DNA of 41,219 nucleotides from Gammaproteobacteria bacterium (GTDB lineage Bacteria; Pseudomonadota; Gammaproteobacteria; Thiohalomonadales; Thiohalomonadaceae): NCBI GenBank assembly GCA_036401755.1, contig DASWUD010000282.1, positions 1 to 41,219 of the forward strand, read 5' to 3'. Shown piece by piece: positions 9,080 to 16,097 of this stretch (position 1 is its first letter; each line of letters starts with the position of its first letter). The notes under the pieces were generated by a model. It saw only the letters and a program-made list of their open reading frames with translations, ran no database searches and was not told where the DNA came from. The position numbers and the translations under genes were made by a program.

Positions 9080-10824
9080 TTGCCCACCCCAAGGCGTGAA
9101 TCGGGGAGACAGGCAACAAAGCGCTGCGTCTGCCCGGGAGAGATCGTCAAGCCATCGGTTGTCAGGATATTGGCGAGCGCATTGACCCTGGTCGGTAGCC
9201 GCTGCCAGACCGCGCCCTCCTGACGCCATAAGCTCAACGCCGCTTCATCCTTCACCCGGCCCAACTCCTGGCGCTGCGAGTTCTCCTGGAAATACTCCAG
9301 TGTCAGGCTCCCTTGCAGCGTACCTTCCGGCGAGTTTGCGGTGACGATCCAGCTGCGCTGGATACAACTCTCCGCCGCCACCCCGGGTGGCACTGCCCGG
9401 GGGGCATGGGCAAACTCCACTTCGGCCAGAAGCTCCACGGCACGCGCCCTGTCGTCAGGCCGAAACTGCGCCAGCAGATAGCCATAGCTGTCTGCCACCA
9501 CTACCACCTCACCGCGACCGATGGCGCTTGCATGCAGGGTGGCGGGATAGGGCGGAGGGGGCGGCGCCAGCTCCGGTCGCCAGTAGGCGCGCTCGGGATC
9601 CCAGGCCGTGGAGTTGAGCAGTATCTTCTCCAGATAGGCAGTGCGCGCCACGATGTAGTGGTCGAGGGCGTCAATACTCTCCTGAAAACTTGCCTGCCTA
9701 TTGCGCAGGCGGGGATCGCGCCGCACCTCTTCCAACAGCTCGTCGTGCATGGCAGCGATCCGCTCTCTGATCGCCACGCTCTCAAAAAAGCCGAAGCCGC
9801 CGCGGTTCGCCTCCTGCTGGATCCCGAGCAGGTGGGAAAGCCTGGCCAGGAAGCGCGCCTTGAGGCGCGGATTGCGCAGCAGCTTCTCCTTCAACGGGCT
9901 ATAGGCGCCGAGCTCGGGGGGATAAAAATATTGAAAGTTGTCGTTATAGACATTGTTGGGATAGTCGAGAAACGGATCGAAGTTCCTGCCGTAGGTGAGA
10001 TCGTAGTCCCAGGGAACGACGCTCCACTTGTTCGTTGCGCGGCTACGGTAGAGAAAATAGTTTTTGTTGTAGGTGTCGCCATCGCTGGTAAGCACATTGA
10101 CGGCGAGCCAGTTGAGCACTGAATCGACATCGAAGTTCTGCTCCATGAAGCGATCGAATTGGTCGATGGGCGTGGCATCAATTCCCTCCACCAGTGTCGC
10201 GAGCGCAGAGAAATCCTCAGCCGGCGGCGTGAATTTCAACCAGCAATCTGTCAATGCGCCACCGCGTGACTTGTCGAGGTCACCACAGAAGGTGCTGTCG
10301 TTGGGATGAAAGAGCTGGCCGTCGCGCCCGAGTCCGTAGCGCTCGAACATTGCTGTTTCTATCCACTCGATGCGCAGGTAGATCCCCTGTGGCTGGCCGT
10401 TGATATAAACGCGCTCATAGCTGACATTTGGGGCGGCCATTCCCAAAGAATGAAACATCTGCCAGGTCATCCAGTTGCGTAGCAGGGTCGGGTCGGTCGC
10501 CATGGCATTCAGGGAGATACGCGAACTCCCCTGCCATTTGTCGCCTTTGCCGAGCTTGATGGAGAAGGAGCGTTTGTCCATCATGCGCGAGGAGCTGCCC
10601 AGGATTTTGATCCGCCCCTTGTGGCGCGTTTCACCATCGATGAGGGTCACCGCGAAGGAGGATTTGTCATAACGGTCCTTGCGCACCAACACTTGGGCAT
10701 CGGTGGAATCCATTTGCAGATATATCTCGCCGATGGGTACGTGCTCGGCGGCGAATAGCGAACAGCTGGCGAGCAGTAGTGCGATAACGGGAACAGTCGA
10801 GCGCAGGCGGAGGTTCAAACACAT
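9076..10824 (-). CDS. CotH-family atypical (Fam20-like) kinase, predicted lipoprotein
   Basis: Lipobox LLASC. CotH-type sequence is present: KRSFSIKLGK, LNAMATDPTLLRNWMTWQMF, YINGQPQGIYLRIEWIE, DGDTYNKNYFLYR and WSVVPWDYDLTYGRNF (the WDxD metal-binding region). The last ~160 aa follow a Pro-rich linker (PPPPPYP). Confidence 0.8.
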   Translation of the reverse strand: MCLNLRLRSTVPVIALLLASCSLFAAEHVPIGEIYLQMDSTDAQVLVRKDRYDKSSFAVTLIDGETRHKGRIKILGSSSRMMDKRSFSIKLGKGDKWQGSSRISLNAMATDPTLLRNWMTWQMFHSLGMAAPNVSYERVYINGQPQGIYLRIEWIETAMFERYGLGRDGQLFHPNDSTFCGDLDKSRGGALTDCWLKFTPPAEDFSALATLVEGIDATPIDQFDRFMEQNFDVDSVLNWLAVNVLTSDGDTYNKNYFLYRSRATNKWSVVPWDYDLTYGRNFDPFLDYPNNVYNDNFQYFYPPELGAYSPLKEKLLRNPRLKARFLARLSHLLGIQQEANRGGFGFFESVAIRERIAAMHDELLEEVRRDPRLRNRQASFQESIDALDHYIVARTAYLEKILLNSTAWDPERAYWRPELAPPPPPYPATLHASAIGRGEVVVVADSYGYLLAQFRPDDRARAVELLAEVEFAHAPRAVPPGVAAESCIQRSWIVTANSPEGTLQGSLTLEYFQENSQRQELGRVKDEAALSLWRQEGAVWQRLPTRVNALANILTTDGLTISPGQTQRFVACLPDSRLGVGK

Positions 10825-10830
10825 GGCGAA

Positions 10831-11676
10831 CTACTCCCGGAAATCGCGGCTGATGCCGACAATGAAGGTGTTGGCGTCACTGGTATTGCGCCCGATGATC
10901 ACCGAGGCACCCTCCAGCGTCAGGCTCCAGCTACGACTTATTTTGGTGGTGAAACCAAGCCGCCCAGTCAGCTTGTCGTATCCATATTGGATGGGCGGAT
11001 TGATCGAGGTATCCACCGCGGCGGCATGGCGATTGATGAGTGCATAGTCCCCCTCCAGCGCGCCAAAAAGGCGACTACGTTGCCATACCGGCAGCGTAAC
11101 TTTCCCTGAGGCGGAGAGCTGCTCCGAGGCGTCCCCTTCCCAAATATGCAGATTGCCCCCCAGCTCCAGCGCAACACCCTCCTCACCACCCCGGCGCGGT
11201 TGGCCGGCAAAGCGTCCGAAGGCCCCGAGCCGTAAACCGAAGCGATCGTTGCCGAGGCGCGCCTTGCCGCTGGTGGAATAGCCGCTGGGCAGAATGGCGG
11301 CCACCTCCCAGGTACGGCCATTGCGAAAGATGTCGAGGCGACTGCGGATGCCCAACTCCAGATCGCCCAGCCCCGAGACATCGTAGCCATCGCAATTGCG
11401 ATCGAGCAGATCCAGCGTGCCGAACGCGGTGTGGTAGTAGGAGAGACCGTATTCGTAGATTTGGGAGAGTTTCCAGTTGTTTGCCGTGCACGGCATCGAC
11501 TCGCGCTCCCAATTCTTGTTCCATAGGGTATCGGCCGTCTCATACTCAAGCCGCATGCTGTAGTAAGACTCATCCTCGGAGCGCATCCAGGTACCCGCCG
11601 TGGCCACGGTCGCCCCCAACAGGAGCACACCCGCTGCGATCCACCGCACCCGAGACCACCGCTTGTCGACTCTCAT
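10831..11676 (-). CDS. Predicted outer-membrane beta-barrel protein (about 280 aa)
   Basis: N-terminal signal peptide (WIAAGVLLLGATVATAGTW). Amphipathic stretches alternate throughout, rich in Y/G/L/R, and an aromatic residue lies near the C-terminus (GISRDFRE). I set the start at Met7 (ATG 11674-11676), which forms an ATGA overlap with the upstream hydrolase stop. Family unknown. Confidence 0.5.
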   Translation of the reverse strand: MRVDKRWSRVRWIAAGVLLLGATVATAGTWMRSEDESYYSMRLEYETADTLWNKNWERESMPCTANNWKLSQIYEYGLSYYHTAFGTLDLLDRNCDGYDVSGLGDLELGIRSRLDIFRNGRTWEVAAILPSGYSTSGKARLGNDRFGLRLGAFGRFAGQPRRGGEEGVALELGGNLHIWEGDASEQLSASGKVTLPVWQRSRLFGALEGDYALINRHAAAVDTSINPPIQYGYDKLTGRLGFTTKISRSWSLTLEGASVIIGRNTSDANTFIVGISRDFRE

Positions 11677-12719
11677 CTCAAACTCCCTTCGCATTCACCC
11701 AGCCAGGCGCAGCGGACCTGTCGCTCCGCCGGTTTGTTTTGTGGTGTGTAATCGTTATCGTCCATCCCGCCGGCGTGCGGATCGCTCGACCAGCACCAGA
11801 GAAACACCGCATTGATCCAGGGCTTGTCGAGCGCATCCAGCCACTGGCCGAGCGCCACACCCTGCGTGGTGGGATCGGGGCTGGCATCGCCATTGCGCAA
11901 GCGTCGCCAGTCCCATGGCGAACGCAACGCCCCCTGTGCCGAAGGGATGCCCACCTCCATCACCCACAGCGGGCGTGCCAATCCTCGGCTGGCGCGGCGC
12001 AGCTCGGTGAGCGTTTTCTCCATCTGACCGCGCATCGCCGCCGGTTCGCTGCTGTCGCCCAGCGATGGATAGAGACTCACCGCCACCGCATCGAGTGATT
12101 GCCAGGCAGGAAAGCGCAGCACCCCCTTCACCCCATGCGCGGCATAGGTGATGCGTCCGTGGTAGACCTTGCGGACACTGGCGATCACTTCATACCAGCG
12201 CCGGGAGCTCTCTACCCCCGCCAGCTCGGTACCGATCACAAAGGCATCTACTTTTTCACGCTGGGCGATGTGCGCATAGTGGAGTAACAGATCGCGATAC
12301 CGGCCAAACCAGCGCTGCTCGTCGGCATCGCCAGCAAAGCGGATATCTCCCGCCCAACCATTCTCAACCAGCACCTGCGGCTTCAGCACCACCTTCAAAT
12401 GGAGGCGGCGCGCCTCGCTGATGGCGGCAGAGAGCTGCCGGTCAGTCACCGCGTCACTAAAACCAATCTCACCACTCGCGGCGCGGTGTTGATGAAAAAA
12501 GGGCACCAGCACCACGCTGTTGGCTCCTACCTGCTGCATACGGCGCAGCGATTCGCCGGCAGTTGGATGGTCCAGTGTCACCGCAGCGGCCTGCAGAAAA
12601 TTGAAACCGCGCATCGGCACCGCGCTCGCCGGTGGGCATCCGGCAAGCAGCAGCATAGCCAGCACGACCAGCGGTGTGCCTCTAGTGGACACGGCGATAA
12701 ACGCGCCAACCATCTTCAT
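11673..12719 (-). CDS. TIM-barrel (clan GH-A-like) glycoside hydrolase, predicted lipoprotein
   Basis: Starting at MKMVGAF (ATG 12717-12719) gives a signal peptide and lipobox LLLAGC. Candidate acid/base and nucleophile glutamates sit in strand-end contexts (FVIGTELAG and LWVMEVGIPS). The overall beta/alpha periodicity resembles periplasmic EPS hydrolases. The longer track ORF (to 12908) overlaps the upstream gene and is unlikely. Confidence 0.6.
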   Translation of the reverse strand: MKMVGAFIAVSTRGTPLVVLAMLLLAGCPPASAVPMRGFNFLQAAAVTLDHPTAGESLRRMQQVGANSVVLVPFFHQHRAASGEIGFSDAVTDRQLSAAISEARRLHLKVVLKPQVLVENGWAGDIRFAGDADEQRWFGRYRDLLLHYAHIAQREKVDAFVIGTELAGVESSRRWYEVIASVRKVYHGRITYAAHGVKGVLRFPAWQSLDAVAVSLYPSLGDSSEPAAMRGQMEKTLTELRRASRGLARPLWVMEVGIPSAQGALRSPWDWRRLRNGDASPDPTTQGVALGQWLDALDKPWINAVFLWCWSSDPHAGGMDDNDYTPQNKPAERQVRCAWLGECEGSLR

Positions 12720-14160
12720 CGTAGACTCGCTGATAACCTGACAGGCCCGACTCGTAGAGCTGCGGAAAACGCACATTGATCGCATCGCGTACTCCTGCCG
12801 GCGTATCGGGATTGGGCACAGCAATCTGGGGTATGGCGGGACGATCGCTGCGCATCGCCAAGCGGTATTCAGGGGTGAAGGGGAGCAGCAGCCCCACGGC
12901 ATCACCACGCGCGGTCACCACCTGGTGGGCGCTATGCAGATCGAGCAGCGTCGGCTCACGATGTTCGGCGAGCCAGTGCCCCAGGGCCTTGTCGCCCAGA
13001 TGGGCAGCCGGTTGCTGGTGCTGCAGCGCAGCCGTCCACGGCTGCAGATGGGAATAGTCATCGTGCAAGACGAGTAGCCAGCTACTGAATATTCCCACCC
13101 CCAACAACATGACGAGCGGCACCATACAGCGGCCGTGACACCTGATGCGGTTCAACTCTGCCATCACTCCGGCGGCGATGAGCACGCTCAGCTGCAGCGG
13201 ACTCGCCAGATAATAGGCCCAAGTGGCAAAACCGATGGCGAGCGCAGGGTGGAGCATCAACACCAGTGAGATGCGCAATTGTCGACCTTCCTTGTAGCTG
13301 CGCAACATCAGGAACAACAACACCGGATAGCCCAGCAATACGTAGCAGGCACCGAGCAGTGTCGGCAGTGCGAATTGGCCACCGAACTCTCTCAACCAGG
13401 GCAGCGTTTCGGCCTCGATGCGCGCGCCGGCAAACCCCGATGCGTAGTAGTTGATAAACGCCAGCGGTTCGCCATAAAAAATCCAGTTGAAGTAGATCCA
13501 CGAGCCGAGCGCGATCAGCAACGGCATGCCGATCATGATGTAGACACTGAACGGCGCCTCCCGCATCATCGAGGACGGCACCAACACCAGCAGCAGCGGC
13601 AGCAGCGCCAGGAACAGGAATATCGAGATCACATCGAAATAGAAAAAGGCCGCCAGTACCATGCCCAGCGCAATGAAGGAACGCATATCCTTTTCGTAGA
13701 CCATGCGCAGGCAGCTGCGATAGAGCAGGTAAAACATCAGCAGCGAGATCGCTTCACGACCACCACCGGTAGCCCCCCACAACAACGCCGGGTGCGCCGC
13801 CATCAGCACGACCAGCAACGCGCGTTGCGCAGCGCTGTAGTCACCCTGGCGCAGGTGGCGGTTCCACAGCGTCATCAAAAAGGCGACCGCCATCACTGAT
13901 ACGATGTACGGCGCGGCCGCCCCTATCCCATGGATGAAGTGTAGCGGGGCCAGGATCAGCATCGGGCCGTGAGGATGGGCAAAGCCGAGATTCTCCAGAC
14001 GCAGGGTCTTTGCATCAAAAATCGCGGCGAGCGATGCCCAGTTGACGATGGCTGCGTCATTGACGAAGTTGTTATGCAGCAGCCAGGTGGTCACTACGCC
14101 GAAGCCCAGCGTCAACGTTGCAAACAGCAGGTAGGGATGGATACGTGCCGACGGATTCAT
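12682..14160 (-). CDS. Polytopic inner-membrane protein (about 11-12 TM plus a C-terminal soluble domain of about 130 aa); possibly a GT-C-fold glycosyltransferase or polymer-modifying enzyme
   Basis: 492 aa. Multiple long hydrophobic segments are followed by a hydrophilic tail (HDDYSHLQPW...YDEDGWRVYRRVH). This architecture resembles ArnT/PMT-type GT-C proteins, but I recognise no diagnostic motif. The start forms an ATGA overlap with the GT2 stop (14157-14160). Confidence 0.4.
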   Translation of the reverse strand: MNPSARIHPYLLFATLTLGFGVVTTWLLHNNFVNDAAIVNWASLAAIFDAKTLRLENLGFAHPHGPMLILAPLHFIHGIGAAAPYIVSVMAVAFLMTLWNRHLRQGDYSAAQRALLVVLMAAHPALLWGATGGGREAISLLMFYLLYRSCLRMVYEKDMRSFIALGMVLAAFFYFDVISIFLFLALLPLLLVLVPSSMMREAPFSVYIMIGMPLLIALGSWIYFNWIFYGEPLAFINYYASGFAGARIEAETLPWLREFGGQFALPTLLGACYVLLGYPVLLFLMLRSYKEGRQLRISLVLMLHPALAIGFATWAYYLASPLQLSVLIAAGVMAELNRIRCHGRCMVPLVMLLGVGIFSSWLLVLHDDYSHLQPWTAALQHQQPAAHLGDKALGHWLAEHREPTLLDLHSAHQVVTARGDAVGLLLPFTPEYRLAMRSDRPAIPQIAVPNPDTPAGVRDAINVRFPQLYESGLSGYQRVYDEDGWRVYRRVH

Positions 14161-16058
14161 TTGCCGGCCACCTGACGCAGCGCCGCCTCCGACTTGGCGG
14201 ACTCCTCGTGGTTAAAGCGCGTCACGCCATGCTGCGTCTTCTCCCAATAGAAGGGGTTGTGTACCAGTTGCCACAGCGCCTTGTAGGCCGCCCACGACAT
14301 GAGCAGCCAGTAGATGGGGTTGCTGAGCGCATAGGGAATCAAGCGGTAGAGATGACGCTTGAAGACACTCAGACTGGAGAGGTAGATGAGGAAGCCATTA
14401 CCAAGCAGCAGATTGAACAGGCTGACATAGAGCACCAGTGGAGGAAAGATCAGGTCAAGGTCATGGGTGCGCGTCACCAACCAGAAACCGAACATGACAA
14501 AGAGCCACGGTGCAAGCAGTACGCTGACGATGGTACCGCCAATGAAAAACTGGAAACCCCAAAACCCCACATGGCCGAGCTTCTTGTAGAGGCGGAGTGG
14601 ACTGCGCATGTGCACCAGATAGGTCTGCATATAGCCCTTGAGCCAGCGCGAACGCTGGCGGATCCAGCTGCCGACGCGACTGGTCGCCTCTTCGTAGGTG
14701 GTGGAGTTCACCACCCCCACATGGTAGTTGCGCTGGGTGAAGCGCACCCCGAGATCGGCGTCCTCGGTGACGTTGTAGGGGTCCCACGCCTGCACATCGC
14801 GCAGTACATGCATCTTGAAGTGGTTGGAGGTGCCGCCCAGTGGAATGGGAATATTGAGGGCATCGAGCGCCGGCAGGTAGAAGTCGAACCAGAGTGAATA
14901 TTCGAGGGTGAACATGCGCGTTAGCCAGTTCTCCTCGGCGTTGAAATAGTTCAGCCGCGCCTGAATCACCGCCGTGTTGGGTGACGCCTTGCGAAACGCC
15001 ACCACCGCCTTTTTCAACTGATCTGCTTCGGGACGGTCCTCGGCATCGTAGATGGTGACATATTCGCCGCGGGCGAATTGCAGAGCGTAGTTGCAGGCCT
15101 TGGGCTTGGTGCGCGGCAATGACGGCGGCACGCGAATAATCTCGAAGATCCCTTCCAGCCCCAGCCTCTTGGCGGACGCGATGGTCTCGGCATCGTCATC
15201 CTCCAGAATCAACTTGATATCGAGTTTGGAGAGGGGGTAGTCGAGCTGGCGTAATGATTCGGTGATGATGGGCAGCACCTCGGGCTCCTTGTACATCGGC
15301 ACCAGCACCGTATAGGTAGGAAGGTCGGTGTCGCTCAACGCCGCCACCTCGTCATCGTTCACCTTCACATCGATATGTGCATCCGCGGCTACCCAGCCAA
15401 GCATGGCACGCATGCCAAAATTGACAATCAGGAATAGTGCAATGAGCAGATTGATCACGACCAGGGTGTCGACCGGCCAGAGCGTCAACGCCAGCAGCAT
15501 CACCGACAGAAGCAGATAGACTCCCGCCAGTTGCATCGTGGTGAAGACGTGATTGGCTGAATATTCCGGTTCGCGTTCAGCGAGGGCGAAACGCGCCGTG
15601 TTATTGAGATAGCTCTTGGCGTTGTGTTGCACCTGCCAGATGATGTCAAACTTGGAGGTGATGACATAATCGGTGTTATTACCGAAGCGCGCCGTGGCGA
15701 ACTCCAGCGCCTCCATGCTGGGATCGGCAATAGCGAGGATCACCTTGTCGCCCTCCTTGCGCCACGGCAACACCAGCAGTTCCGTGTAGCGGATCAGGTC
15801 ATCACTCTCCATCAGCGAGGGCTCGGGCGGCTTTTTGTGCAGATCCACAAAGGGCTTGTTGAGATGTGTAGCGAGCGTGCGGTAGAGGTCGGGGGCGCGC
15901 ACCCAGCCCTTGGCGAGGATAATGTCGCCGAGGCGCGTGCCCCAGCGACGTTGCAGTGTCAGCGCCTCGCTCAACTGTTCGTCGTTCAGCAATCCCCGGG
16001 CCACCAGCAGATCGCCAATCTTGCCTTGAACGACTTGTACCGTTGCATGCATAACCAC
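14157..16058 (-). CDS. Processive family-2 glycosyltransferase (EPS synthase) with an N-terminal MshEN/T2SSE_N-type c-di-GMP-binding domain
   Basis: Residues 13-65 carry a tandem 24-aa MshEN motif with a 5-aa spacer (KIGDLLVARGLLNDEQLSEALTLQ-RRWGT-RLGDIILAKGWVRAPDLYRTLATH). Two TM helices follow. The GT2 core has LVPMYKE, YDAED (DxD), VTEDADLG (TED) and QRSRWLKG (Q/RxxRW, the processive synthase signature). Four C-terminal TM helices follow. No PilZ motif is present. Confidence 0.85.
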   Translation of the reverse strand: MVMHATVQVVQGKIGDLLVARGLLNDEQLSEALTLQRRWGTRLGDIILAKGWVRAPDLYRTLATHLNKPFVDLHKKPPEPSLMESDDLIRYTELLVLPWRKEGDKVILAIADPSMEALEFATARFGNNTDYVITSKFDIIWQVQHNAKSYLNNTARFALAEREPEYSANHVFTTMQLAGVYLLLSVMLLALTLWPVDTLVVINLLIALFLIVNFGMRAMLGWVAADAHIDVKVNDDEVAALSDTDLPTYTVLVPMYKEPEVLPIITESLRQLDYPLSKLDIKLILEDDDAETIASAKRLGLEGIFEIIRVPPSLPRTKPKACNYALQFARGEYVTIYDAEDRPEADQLKKAVVAFRKASPNTAVIQARLNYFNAEENWLTRMFTLEYSLWFDFYLPALDALNIPIPLGGTSNHFKMHVLRDVQAWDPYNVTEDADLGVRFTQRNYHVGVVNSTTYEEATSRVGSWIRQRSRWLKGYMQTYLVHMRSPLRLYKKLGHVGFWGFQFFIGGTIVSVLLAPWLFVMFGFWLVTRTHDLDLIFPPLVLYVSLFNLLLGNGFLIYLSSLSVFKRHLYRLIPYALSNPIYWLLMSWAAYKALWQLVHNPFYWEKTQHGVTRFNHEESAKSEAALRQVAGK

Positions 16059-16097
16059 TGCGCTAATCCTCTTTGCGTGCCATGTCGGTCGATGCGG

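Noticed and set aside
9080..9229. N-terminal extensions in the track ORFs of four genes: the transporter (to 9229), the hydrolase (to 12908), trkA (to 31822) and trkH (to 33117).
   Set aside because: The extensions lie inside the upstream genes and are Arg/Cys/Pro-rich. Internal Met codons give proper signal peptides or Rossmann starts and create ATGA stop/start overlaps. I therefore used the shorter models.
16070..16090. TGGCAC on the minus strand between the BcsB-like and GT2 genes, considered as a possible sigma-54 -24 element.
   Set aside because: The required TTGC -12 element at the correct 5-nt spacing is absent. The sequence reads TGGCAC-GCAAA-GAGG.
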